A stretch of 64,000 bases of DNA from Fistulifera solaris. Its lineage: Eukaryota. How positions within the stretch are numbered: position 1 is the first letter of the stretch; each line of letters starts with the position of its first letter. The translations under genes were made by a program, and so were the position numbers. The notes below the pieces were generated by a model, which saw only the letters and a list, made by a program, of their open reading frames with translations, was not told the origin of the DNA and did not search any database. Location: NCBI GenBank assembly GCA_030295235.1, contig AP026130.1, positions 682,001 through 746,000 on the forward strand. The letters are read 5' to 3'. Below are positions 1-12,497 of the stretch, piece after piece.

Positions 1-637
1 ACACGTTGTGCTAGCGACTCGTGATGATCTGGTGGGTCAGTATGTCGGTCACACCGCGCCCAAGACCAAGGAAATGATCAAGAAGGCTATGGGTGGTGTT
101 CTTCTTGTCGATGAAGCTTATTACCTATACAACGCAGCGAACGATCGCGATTACGGTCAAGAATCCATTGAGATTTTGCTCAACGTGATGGAGACGCAGC
201 AAGATGATCTTGTGGTCGCCTTGGCTGGTTACAAGGACCGTATGGATAAGTTCTTCTCGTACATTCCGGGTATGATGTCTCGTATCGGTAACCACATTGA
301 CTTTCCGAACTATTCGGCGGAGGAGTTGGTCCAGATTGCGTCGGTCATGGCTGGGCAGCTCGAGTATGATATTGACAACAACGCGTACAATACATTCTAC
401 CACTACATTCAAAAGCGCATGGAGCTTCCTTATTTCTCGAATGCCCGTACTGTGCGAAACGCCATGGACCGTGCTCGAATGAACTCTGCTATCCGAACGT
501 TCGATCGTTTCGCTATTCGTGGTGAAAATGGAGGTGTATGCACGGTCCAAGACTTAAAGAGCATTACTTCAGAAGATTTCCAGGTTCTTTTGGACGACAT
601 CCTCTATGCGGATGCCGACAAACGTATTTTCGCGTAA
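1..637 (+). CDS. cbbX: CbbX/CfxQ red-type Rubisco activase (AAA+), nuclear copy, 5'-truncated by the window edge
   Basis: TRDDLVGQYVGHTAPKT, Walker B VLLVDEAYYL, RDYGQESIEILL and FSNARTVRNA are all CbbX hallmark motifs. Confidence 0.93.
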   Translation, partial: HVVLATRDDLVGQYVGHTAPKTKEMIKKAMGGVLLVDEAYYLYNAANDRDYGQESIEILLNVMETQQDDLVVALAGYKDRMDKFFSYIPGMMSRIGNHIDFPNYSAEELVQIASVMAGQLEYDIDNNAYNTFYHYIQKRMELPYFSNARTVRNAMDRARMNSAIRTFDRFAIRGENGGVCTVQDLKSITSEDFQVLLDDILYADADKRIFA

Positions 638-708
638 ATCTAGCCATTAGTTGGTAATCGTTTTCCTTAGTGATAACCCGTTTCATTAAGTTAGGCAAAA
701 CTCGAGTT

Positions 709-3626
709 TCAGCGTTTCTTACTTCTTTTCTTCGCTGATTGATGATTGTTTTGCCTGGCATATCCCTTGCTTTCCCCCCTGTTCATGTGCTGCAAGCTAT
801 ATTGAATACGTTGGAAAGCATCATTCCTGCCCTGTGAAACTGGAGACTGGGCCGGCGTTTTCTTTACTTTCTTTTCTAAGGAAATCATATCAAAGTTAGC
901 ACCATTCTTACAATCATCGTGTTCGTGTCAGTCGTAGACATACCTTTCCTTGATCCAGCATGGCATCCCAACGGTCAGGAAACATCTTCCTCTTTCTGGA
1001 TGAATCCCTCCGATCAAGTTGTTGCAAAAGGCTGTGGCGATTTTCCTCCACTTGAAGTGCTCTCTTCGAAGACGCACTGACTTCACTGCGTACTGTTTCC
1101 TCGGCACCGTCGTCATCCCAGCCACCAACTGGTTTGTTTCCCAATAATGAGAATTCGGCCTGTTTGTTTCGAATTGTTGTAGCCGGCTTCCAGGCCTTTT
1201 TCTTGGCACGAGGTCCAAGCATCACCTCAACCTTTCCACGACCGGGACCGCGATCCAACACAATTTTTGTTTTCTTCTCCGATTTTGGGAGCTTTTCCGT
1301 GACAGAGGATGCCGTACTTGACTCGACAATGCTATTGGTAGGTGTCACCATAGGGCTAGCAAGCGCTCTCGTCGAATCCAAGCTATTGTTGTTTCTGGAG
1401 TCGTCGTCATCGTTCATCACACTATCTGAACGAGATCCGCTGTCCGACGAATCCGACGAATCATCCGAACCACTAGTGCTATCATCGCTGTCGGTGCTAT
1501 CATCGCTGTCGGTGCTATCTGGAGAAACTTTCACTTTATCATCGTTTCTCCCATTCTTGATTTCTTCAGAGACTGGCTGTGAAGTAGACGACGACGACGA
1601 CGATGATGATGATGATGAAGAGGAAGAGGAAGACGGCGACGAAACGGAGGTTGATGCCGATGACATAGAAGCGTCATCTTCTTTTCTCGCCAGATTTTCG
1701 TTTATTGAATTTTCTTTTTGAATCTGAGGCAAAATGTTTCGGTGTGGCAACTATCGGCTTTGTAATTTGAGGTGACTGCGGAAGTGTTGCTTGCGGAGTT
1801 GACTCGATCATTTCACTGAAACTACCAGAGCGGGTTCTCTCCCGTGCTTTCGCATGCTCGATGGCCTCCTCCGTCGACATCGATTTCATAGAACGCGGCG
1901 GAGGTTTCAAGGGCGGGGTTGGAAATTCAATCTTAACTTCTCTTCTTGAATAGAAGAGAAGGTATGCGCCTTCTGTTTGTTGCAGAACATGACGCTCTGA
2001 GACGGTTTCTACGTAGGAATCGTCCATATGGAACCAATTATCACCGTTTGGATTCTTCACACAAGCTGTATAATGCCCCGAGCTAGCACTGCCACCGACA
2101 TGGATCACAACGCCAGTCAAAACGTACGGGCACGACCTGTCATCGCTTAAGGAAAGATCCATCATGGCTGGAAACTTGATACTTCTCGTGATTTTCTTTC
2201 CAGACCCAAAGCGTCCGTTCAGACCCGGCGAAAACCCATGGAAACCACTAAATGAGAATCGTTTTAATTGAACACAGAGTGAAAGCGGTGGTCGGAAAAT
2301 AGTAAGCTGCTTTTGTGCACAAATGAGCTTATTGCATTTTGAACACTTCCATTTATTCTCCCGGTCAAGTATTTCTTTCCGTGTATACTCCTGAAAAGCG
2401 TCCGAAAGGGTTTGGCATGACTTTTTACTGACCTCCAACGAGATGTCGAGGAACGGATCGTACGTATTACTGCAATATCCACAATTTGTACATTTGACTT
2501 GGCTGCGCAAATAACCACCGAATATCCGGTGTACAAAGGTTGTCTCATCTAGACGAGCAATGGGCAAACGATCCCGCCACCCTCTGGCATGCTGGTTAAT
2601 TCCGGCACCTCGAAGCTCACCGTCGTTCATCGCATCAAGTAAGTGGACTAAAAATTCATGCGCGTCTTCTTGACGACCCGGTCGAAATTTGTAACCCTGA
2701 CGACTACCACAGGCACTTAACGACGGCACCGCCTTGACGATGGAACGAGGGGATATGGAAGTAACGCCGTTCACCCCACCGTGCATCTGTTGAAAAAGCT
2801 TACTGATAATAGCCGTAATTCGCTTTCCTTGATTTTCTTTCTTTGAATGGAATGTATCCTGCATCATAGGTGGCATCGATAAGAGTGACTGCGAAAACGG
2901 TGGAAGATAGGCCAAACACTGAATGGTGCTGTTCAAGAAACACTGATATCAATACTCGGGTTAGACTACAGTCCATATCCTCAATCGATAGAGTCACATT
3001 CATTGACTTACGGTGTTTCCCAAGTTTGTCAGACCCAGTGCTTTGGACGATTTCCGTTGCTTCAAGTAAGTCGAGCTCCATTGATACTTGGTCAACACAG
3101 TCCTCTCGTCACACAATCCTCGTTGAGGAAGAGCCAATTCTCCGTCGGTCGAATTGGCTCTCGGCCGACAACCGACCTTATCCTTCACTACTTCTTCAAT
3201 CGATTTGCCTGACAGGTGTCCCATGGGCGGTTCACTTTCTCGTGAAGCATCATCATCGGCCTGTGATGATGATACTACGGAGGGTGTCGACTCAGAATCG
3301 AATTTCGTTTCGCTGGATCTTCCATTCAAAATATCATCGATCGACAATTTGCTGAGATTATTGTCTCCATTTTCTGGTACGCTGGCATGACTTGGCGAGG
3401 ATTCGTTCGTTGTTGTGTGCCCATTCGTCAGATGCTTTCCAAATATGTAGGCAGAGATATTTCCTCTCTTGTCTTTCGGATACACAAAGTCTACAACCGC
3501 CAAATGATTTTTGCGAATGGATCCGAATGTATCGACCGCCTTTCGATGCTCTACGGATGCTTCCACCCTATTGTGGCCATTCAATTTTTGTTTGTTTTTC
3601 TTTTTCTTGGAGCGGTGTTTCCCCAT
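709..3626 (-). CDS. Ubiquitin-specific protease, USP36/USP42-like (multi-exon, apparent frameshifts; 3' end approximate)
   Basis: Cys box GLTNLGNT followed by an intron at about 2930-3012, then QEDAHEFL and His box HVGGSASSGHY. A Ser/Asp-rich tail follows, ending in the USP36-type WDAMLDQGK(intron)KKVK. Confidence 0.85.
1586..1640. repeat. Coding trinucleotide run (GAC/GAT/GAA) encoding poly-Ser on the minus strand
   Basis: gacgacgacgacgacgatgatgatgatgatgaagaggaagag. Confidence 0.8.
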
Positions 3627-4064
3627 ATTTCGTCGCTAGTTGAAATGCAGCAGCCCTTCTCTGACAAACAAGGAAAAACCTATCTTTAGGAACAAAGGTC
3701 AGGGCGAAGAAGGGAAGTTGCTGTTAGTCAATCAGATGATGATCATCATCGTCTCACTTCGATTGATGCCTTCCAATGGCTCCCAACGCGAGCGATGAGC
3801 GATCACACCCAAATAATTTGGAATCTTCCGCCTACTGTTTGCGAAATACTAGAAAACTTCATTTGAAACGCGTTACGATCTAAACACGAATTATCAAGCA
3901 CGATTTGAAAATCGCATCGGCGGCAAAAAACGTAAAACGCCATATGATGTCAAAATGTTGTTGATGCAATAAAAGCTACAAATTACTCTGTATGCGTGTT
4001 GTGACGATGAAGAGTATAGACTCGTTTCAATAACAAACAGTCGATCGACTCCGGTGCGCGGAAA

Positions 4065-6712
4065 ATGGCTCCTTCCATGATTGACCAAGTCTTTGAGCTC
4101 CTCGCTCTCGCCGATACCCTCGAAGAGAAGAAGAGTCGCATTGAGGCTGCGACCAAGTACTACGAAGCCGTCTATTTGATGAGGCGCTATTTATTAAAGA
4201 AAGAAGACAAGGATCGAGATATACGGCAATTACTGGAAGAAAAAGTACGTCACTACGAGCAGGTGGCGGCCACACTCATGGCGGATGATGCGAGTACTTG
4301 GACAAAGTACTCGCAAGATGATTTCAGCCTCACTCCCTTGCATCCACCGCCACCGCCTACGGCGCTCCATCCACTCGCTTCGCAGTCTTCGAAATTGCTG
4401 AATCATCAACAAGTCAATTTGCAAAAATTAGTAGGGTTGGGGAATCAAAAACTGTCTCAAGCCCTCGACCTCGATGAAGCCGCACAGACCGATGCTGCCA
4501 TTTCGACTTACATGGAAGCAGCCGAACATTATCTGGAGGGACTACGATTGGCCGAACGAGACGATAAGGGCAGTCCTGCCGCAATTATGGTCAAACGTCG
4601 ATTGCAGAGTACACTGGATCGTGTGGAAGTACTCAAATCGGTCGCACCCACCCGGCCTTCTTTGGGAAAAGTCGTTCTACCACAAAAACGAATGGCCGAC
4701 CATCCGCCATCATGTATTTCACCACACAAACTTTCTGCGGAAGAAGTCAATATACTGAAAGCATCTTCACTCATTGCGAGTGGTGTATTCTTGCCGTGGT
4801 CCGATGAGGATGCCCGCATTTTACGAACCGAAAAAACAACGCATGTACACGGACCCCCACGGCTTTTTGGCGTTGTCCGACTCACAGAAACAAGTATTCC
4901 ATCGTTGGGCCCGACCATCGGAGATTGCACGATTACGGTATCAGCAAGGAATCTCCAAGACGCTACAAGAGATTGTCATTGCCAAGGTGATTACTCCTTT
5001 CACGATCCGGCAAAAATACGTGACCGATTGTTCTTTTGTGGCTAGTCTGTGCATTTGCGCCAACTTCGAACGTCGGTTTAAGAAAAGGCTTATTACTTCA
5101 ATTCTGTATCCACAAACTGAACAGGGAGATTTAGTGCATAACCCGGCCGGCAAGTATATTGTGAAACTTTGGCTCAACGGGGTTGCCCGTTGCGTAGTGA
5201 TCGATGACTATTTCCCCATTGACAAGTACGGCAACTTATTGTGCTCGCATACGAGTAGCAGCAGTGCTTCCTGTTTGGAACTATGGGTGTGTTTGATTGA
5301 AAAGGCATTCCTCAAACTTTCCGGTGGTGGATATGGCTTTCCGGGCTCCAATAGTGCTGTCGATATGTTCTCATTGACAGGATGGATACCAGAGTCGATC
5401 CTTTTGCTAAAGAAACAGAACAAGTTCGAGATTTTGAGACACCGCCGGAACGGGCTTGGGAAAGAATTATGAGTGCTTCCTCTTTCGGTGATTGTCTTAT
5501 AACTGTCTCCTCAGAACTCGACATTTCCGAGGAGGAAGCTGAAGCCGTGGGACTGGTTACGGGACATGCTTACGCCGTCTTGAATGTTATTGAGACCAAA
5601 AACGGAACCCGTCTTTTGCAGTTAAAAAACCCGTGGGCTCACAAAGGATGGAAAGGGCGATTCTCAACAAAAGATCTTGCTTCATGGAATGATTTGCCTT
5701 TCCAGGCAGAAGTCGGTTACGACCCCCAAAAGGCCGCCATGTGCGATGATGGGGTGTTCTGGATTTGTTGGGACGATGTTTTGCGATACTTCCAAAACTT
5801 TCATCTTTCATGGAACCCTGACTTGTTTTCGCATAGAACGGCAGTACATGGTTTGTGGCCGGAGTCACAAGGTCCAATTCAAGATTCTTTTCAAATCGGC
5901 GAGAACCCTCAGTACGTGGTCGAATTTTCTGATTCGGCAGTGGACACAAATCCATCATTATGGATCCTTCTGTCGCGGCATGTAACAAAGGAGGAGCAGC
6001 TGGAAGGAAAGGTATGTTTTCGTTAATAGTCGCATCTATATCCCTGCCCCTTCCTTAATTTTTCGTTTTTCCATAGATCGACGACTACCTGACAATTCAC
6101 CTACACAAAAACAACGAGAAAAAGCAAAGAAAATGGTACCCTGGTCGGGCTGGTGATTGTATTGTAATGAGCGCTTATACGAACTCGCCACATGTACTCG
6201 TTCGGTACGATATCTCGGGCAGACAAGACAAGTATCTTTCACTTGTGCTGTCACAGTTCAACAAAGTGCGGGATATTCCTTACACACTCTCTGTCTTTTG
6301 TACGGGTCACTTTTTGCTTTCCCGTCCACCGAAAGATCTGGACTATTGTGTCGCACTAAAGGCATCATGGTCGAACCGTAGTGCAGGGCAAAGCGTAGAG
6401 GACAACCACATCATGTTCGCCGTACTCGTAGAGGCCACGTGTTACGTGGAGTTTCGAGTTTCCACCAATACGAATATTGCCTCCAATATTATGTTGATTC
6501 CGGTCCAACAATACGGCGATGGATTGCGACAGACGAACAGCAAACCAATATTAGATAGCGGACGCTACCGCCACGGGTTTGCTGTTGCAGGGCCCAAGTC
6601 TATTAAGCCGGGTCCGTACCTTCTTCTCGTCAGTCGTTTTCATGATCGACAAGAAGGCGATTTTCAGCTCAAAGCCTTTTCGTCACGAAGGTTGAAAATA
6701 GAAAAGAAATAA
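4065..6712 (+). CDS. CAPN7: Calpain-7/PalB-like cysteine protease (two MIT domains, CysPc, domain III)
   Basis: MIT-like helices; catalytic Cys in QKYVTDCSF, His in TGHAY, Asn in LKNPW. Intron at about 6012-6076 and frameshifts near 4830, 5410 and 6125. Confidence 0.88.
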
Positions 6713-7154
6713 TACCATAACAATCTTGTTGCAAGCTAGCTAGTCTAGGCGTGGACGTTTATTATCACGAAAAAGTGAGGATACACGCAAAGAACGTTCA
6801 GCTTATCTTCACTTGGATCTTCTGTTGTCCGTTGAATCATTGCCGGTACTTGTAATTAGATCATTTTTGTCGAGACATACATACTGATGATACCGGTACG
6901 ATAATGGTCTCCTATTTCATTGGAGTTCAAAAATTTTGCTCTAAACAAAAACCGTAAATGACAAGATTTGAATTCCGCCGGCTAATTTTAGCGCCATTAT
7001 CCAACAAAGACAGTTCCTCGCGTCTCTTGCGAGCTTTCCAGCAACAATCGCAAGGAAAAAGTTAAAACTTTTTCCAGCAAAACGCTCAGAAACTCAGCGC
7101 TCTGATTTGCTGTGAATGTAAAAGCTTTATTTGAAAGGAAGGAGCACGTTAAGA

Positions 7155-9934
7155 ATGGGAAATTGTCAGAGCGATTACTCTCGTCACCATGTGCGGATAG
7201 AAAACCCAGGGGTCAGAAAATTGGCTCCCTCGTTGCGCCGAACGAGGAAAATTGTAATCAGCTATGATGATCCAGATGGCATATATTTTGATGAATTCTT
7301 TGAGCAGACAATGCCATTGTCGCCCGACGCCACCACCCTCACAACTACGTCCTCCTTTTCTACGCCTCTCGATCCTTATGAAAGCCCTTGTCCTCTTTCT
7401 CTCTTGAGGCCGAGCAGCGATGACAGTGACACAGCACTTCCTTCACCCTCAAGTATTCGTGTTCTCGATGTGTCACCTCGACAATCAGCACAAAAATCTC
7501 GTAAAGGAAGAGAGAGTTCTTCATCATCAACATGGAGTCGTTACGACCAAACTCGAAAGAACTTTTCGAGTGCGTTGAGAGCACGATTGGAACGCTCTAC
7601 GTTCAAGCAGGCGTCTGTGATATCACCAAGTAATAAAGAGACGTATCAAGAAAGTGAAATTCCTTTCTTTTCATGGGATATTTGCGGGACGAACTTAAAC
7701 TCGAGATTCTCCGAAGAAGAAGAGGTGCCAGAACAAAAGGAGTGCAGTCAGTACAGCGAGGATGAAGCCAACATTTGGACCGAGATCGAAACAGATGCGA
7801 ACGTCACCGCGGTGTCCATGTTTCGTCATATAGCGGATCATAGTCGCATCAATCTTGCCGTGGTATTGGAGAACGGAAGAGTGGTTGTACATGAAGTTCA
7901 AGCGGACTGCGATGCCTGTCATTCTCCCAAACTTGATCTTGTGTTCACCCTAAATCACGGGAGTAGAATACGTTCTATTGATTTTTCATCGGATGGGAGA
8001 TTCTGTGCAGTTGGCGACGACAATTGCAGGTGTACAATCTATCGTCTGGTGTATGAAGAGGACGCACTTTGTGGAGCTTCCGTTGTAACAACGGTCGAGC
8101 GCGTCGACCGAGTGTGCGTAGTCCATTTCAACCCTCATCAGCCGCTACTGGCGATAGGAGGGTTCGACGGGAAAGTGACTCTCTTCTCTACAGAAAGTTT
8201 GGATCTAGGAAACGAGCTTGACGCGGTATTTGAGTACAGCCTGGATGGACTTGTGTTCGCTTTGGATTGGAGTCCAGATGGACAGTTCCTGGCTTTTGGA
8301 GGCAGCGATAAGAAATGCACTATTCTAGACAGTACTGACGGATGGAAAGTCAAAACAGAGATCTTTCGATTCGCCCCTGTTCATTCAATTAAATGGTCAC
8401 CCTCCAACAATGGAGATCTGGCGATCGGATCTTCCGACACGACCATCTACGATTTTAAAAGTATCTCTGTCCGACGTAGAATCGCTCTGAACACAGAAAC
8501 GATTTCTATGCGTCATTTGAACCGCAAATGTACGATGTGTTGGAGTCCCAATGGAAGCTGTAAGTGCTTTGAGTTTGGTTTGTGCTCTTTTTCCTATTGC
8601 ACAGTCATGTTCACATTTATGGTTTTTGCCCTCAAGTCCTCGTCATATGTGATTCTCTGGGTGATTGTACGATGTTTGAGACCAAAACTTTTGCCAAAGT
8701 GCAAGATATTCATCGACATGGATCGCTCAACGCTGTATGCTGGACAAAGAGTTATGGTGATATTCATTCTCGACATGAATTGCTCATTATTGGTGGAGAC
8801 GACAAGAATTTAGCGGTCATCAAAGCAGGGAACGAGACCAACACATCACAACAGCAATGTCATCAGTCATTAGAGTGGGTATTTGATGAAAAGGCTTTCA
8901 AAGAAGTTGACGACAACGAAGAAGCTTCGAACTCTCCGATCGTAAAAACATTGTCAGGTAACGTCGTGGCGATTGCGTTTTCAAAAGGGAGTACGACGCG
9001 TCCTAGCCCTTTCATGGCATACTCGACTGATGATAACCGAGTGACTGTGCTATCGACGTCCGACTGGAGTCTTATAGCAGAGATTTCTTTCCCCCAGCCA
9101 GCAACAGCCCTCGCTTTCACTAACGGAAGCAAGTACTTGGCGTACGGTTGCCTAGATTCTAGACTGTACGTTTCAGAAACATACCCGAATTGGTCTCTCG
9201 TGGCCAACATAGAGTTGCCATCACCGGTTCACAGCAGCCTTATCTATAGCCATAGCAACCGATTGCTTGGTGCAGGGCTTTACGATGGCTCGTTCAAACT
9301 ATTCGATCCGGAGCATAAACACGCAATCTGTGGGTCTATTGACATGAATGAGTCACCAATTACCACTGCTGATTGGAGTTCAAAAGCGGTAGCAATCGGA
9401 AAAGAGGACGGGACGGTGAAGCTTTATGACCCCGAGAAGCTTCAGTCTGGAATCATTGAAGCAATTGCTACTATTAGTAAAAGGACGACAATCAGGAATG
9501 TAGCTTTCGGATTAAATGGACGTTTTCTAGCAATTGGGACTTCAGACGGCTTTGTGAGTATATACAGCGAAAAGGGTGGATGGGTTTTATGTCACCAGCT
9601 GCAAGCTCTAAAGGGCGGAGTGACATCCTTGTCATGGTGTCCTACAAGTCGCCATTTGGCTGTTGGAGATGATCGGGGATCAGTGAAAATGATGGATACC
9701 GTGTTTTGGGCGGACGTGGAAGAAGCCGTGCACGCCTTTCACTCCGCTGAAGACACAATCGTATCAAGCTCGAAACCAGCGCTTACGTTTAGCCAAAATG
9801 GGAACCTAATGGCATTTGCTACCAGTAATCAAGGATTACGTGTCGCAGATTGCTCCCGTTGGAGATTGCAGCTTTGCTTGGAACACGCTGACAAAGACGC
9901 ATCGGATGTTGCATCAGCAGAAAACTATGAATGA
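7155..9934 (+). CDS. WD40-repeat beta-propeller protein with an N-terminal MGNC acylation motif
   Basis: Many WD-type repeats (LDWSPDGQFLAFGG, LSWCPTSRHLAVGDD). A GT-AG intron at 8560-8636 joins the two ORFs. Confidence 0.8.
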
Positions 9935-10018
9935 CTCGACTAGGACTGAATGCACTGACTAAAACTGTTTATAATGGAAAAGCTATATATCTAGTCTGCA
10001 TCATAATCAATTCAATTT

Positions 10019-11066
10019 TCAAAGATCAGGCATCCCGAGCAACTGAGCGAATTTCCGTAGCTCCGCTTCATTCTTGAAAATCGATTCGCCCTTTTGAAGA
10101 CGCTCCATGATGGCGACATCCTCGGCCATGTGTTTTAAATTGGTGGTACCATCCAGTGGTTTTGGATAACCCAACGACATGAGGAAGGCATACATAAGTG
10201 TTTGGGGCGTCAGATTCAAAGAGTCAGCCCAATCGCGTACTTCCTTGGACGCAAGGGCCTCTCGATTGGCCGTCAAGGTCCAAAAGGACTGATACCAGAT
10301 ATTTTTTTCTTTACAGAATTGTCGTAGTTCAGTATCGAAATTCGAGTCTGCATAAAATCGATTCTGCAGGACAGCTGGCTTGATTCTCGCCCTTTCGTAT
10401 ATAGAAACAAACATGGCATAGTCGTAGCAATTGCTCACCCCCAATTGTCGAACCTTCCCGGCATCGACAAAATTCTCGAATTCACTCCAGACTTCCATTG
10501 TTTGTTCTACGGTCGGCAGCGGCGAATGTAGAACCAGGGAATCGATATAATCTGTTCTCAAGTTCTGCAATGACACCGCCAGACTCTGTCGTACCTGCTC
10601 CGTTAAAGAAGCATCCTTATCGTACGGAACATTGTTCGGATCTTGACCCGGATACGGTGTATACTTGGTTTGCAAGAACAAATCACTCCGTTCTAGTCCG
10701 AGTTCCGACGCCGCCGCCGTCCATCCCGCACCCACTCCGGCTTCATTGTAATGTTTGGGTTGACACGCGGTATCAATAAAACGGAAACCGGTTCGAATGG
10801 CCTGTTGCACATATTTGGCGGTTTCTTCCTTTTTCCACGCCGTCCCGTACATTAAGAACGGCTTGTGCGTGGCAATGATCCGCGATACGGGAAGTGCTGA
10901 TACCATCATTATTTGTCGTTCTTCGACGTTGGCAAGAAAAAATGTATAAGGTAACAATGAGTCCCAAAACCGAAAGAATGGACAAGTGAATGAGATGTGC
11001 GGAAAAGTAGCGATTGTTGCGTTGTATCCCGTATACGGAACGCGAACTGCGATTGATTTTCACCAT
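10019..11066 (-). CDS. Aldo/keto reductase family protein (start approximate)
   Basis: MYGTAWK, GFRFIDTACQPKHYNE, LFLQTK, DSLVLHSP, LGVSN. Confidence 0.88.
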
Positions 11067-12497
11067 CGTTATGAGAGCTCTTTCGATAGAACGGTGCTTT
11101 GCAATACGTCTTTCCTTCTTTCGCAACGCAAAGGATCGTAAAATAATGGCGATCTTTTCGGTTTATATCCTCTTTCGGATTGTCAAAACACCTACTGTAG
11201 CCCGTAGTGTAAGCGACGTTCACCATGACTGCATTTCAGTCATGAATCATGGTCCGTTCGAGCACAACAACTGTGATTGAATCTCCATTCGTTCTGCTCG
11301 CTCAGATACGACCAATTGTTCTTCTCACATTGAACTTATTATCTGCAGTATTTGCAAGGCTCTTCGGTATTAATTGTTGTCTATAATCAATGTGAATAGT
11401 TGTATGCCATAATTACTATAGATCTACTGTGTTGGTTCTCGCACGACTGCATTTGAGTCCTGAGTCATGGAATCAATATTATAAAAAAATGGCTAGAATT
11501 TATTATGCTTACGTCCTATCCCTACAAGAGAACCGAATCCCTACTCGAGTTAGAGAAACACAACTGACCCAATGGACAATGAATGAAATCCACCGAACAC
11601 CGAACCGCTGCCAGGTCAAACATGTGAAACATGCGAACAGAGGGGCTCCTATCTGATTCAGACACGACCGGGGACCACCGATCGTCTCAAGACTCTCATC
11701 TACGGCGCTGGGCGCCAAGATCGACCAACCACCGTATCGAACCTCGCCACTCCGGTTTCGTCAACCGGAGAGTAACCAACTGTGCTACTCAGTCGGTGGA
11801 ATCAATATTACTTTTCGTGACGATTGCCTTCCAATCTATGTTCATCGTGCTAACTTGGTAAGGTGCAGGAATCTCAACACAATTGAACCACTTCCAGCCT
11901 TATCTGTACTTCACCTCTTGATGTCTTGATGCCGACAATCCTTGCCAAATCATTCGAACGTATTTACTATAGTTCCAGATGAATCTCCGTTGATTCTGCT
12001 AGCTTGACTACGCAACAATTGTCATCCCAACAATGAGATTGCCTTCAGCAGTATTTCCAGGCTTTTCTTTGTTCTCCTTGTCGAAAATCTGTGTCTTTCA
12101 ATGCATTCCAAAATTACTCTACTAGGCTCGAAATGTCGGCGACCTTTTACCACGACCGCAGTTCAGTCACGAACTAGAGTTTTTCGCTACACGAGCGAAG
12201 AAAGGACGATAGCGCCCACCGACCACTAACCTTACTCAATTTACTCTCGCAACAAAAGAGGCCCACAACCACAACACGACGAACGAGGGAACAAACAATA
12301 AACGGGGTTTTCTTGAAAAGACTGCATTCCTTATGATTAGTAGTTCAACTGCTATTATTGCGTACGACTAGTCCAGGGACCAGAATATATTGTTTTTTTT
12401 TAACGGAGCAGCAACAAAGATTTTCATTTGTTGTGAAAACAAGGCGTATTAATTAATAAAACGACAATATTATTCAAAAAAAAAAACAAGCAAGCAA

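Noticed and set aside
1..637. Plastid DNA insertion or bacterial contamination suggested by cbbX
   Set aside because: Red-lineage algae have a nuclear cbbX copy. GC content matches the flanking DNA and the neighbouring genes have spliceosomal introns.
4065..6712. Pseudogene or programmed frameshifting in calpain-7 and other split genes
   Set aside because: Catalytic residues are intact, and the indels mostly fall at homopolymers in many unrelated genes, so sequencing error is the simpler explanation.
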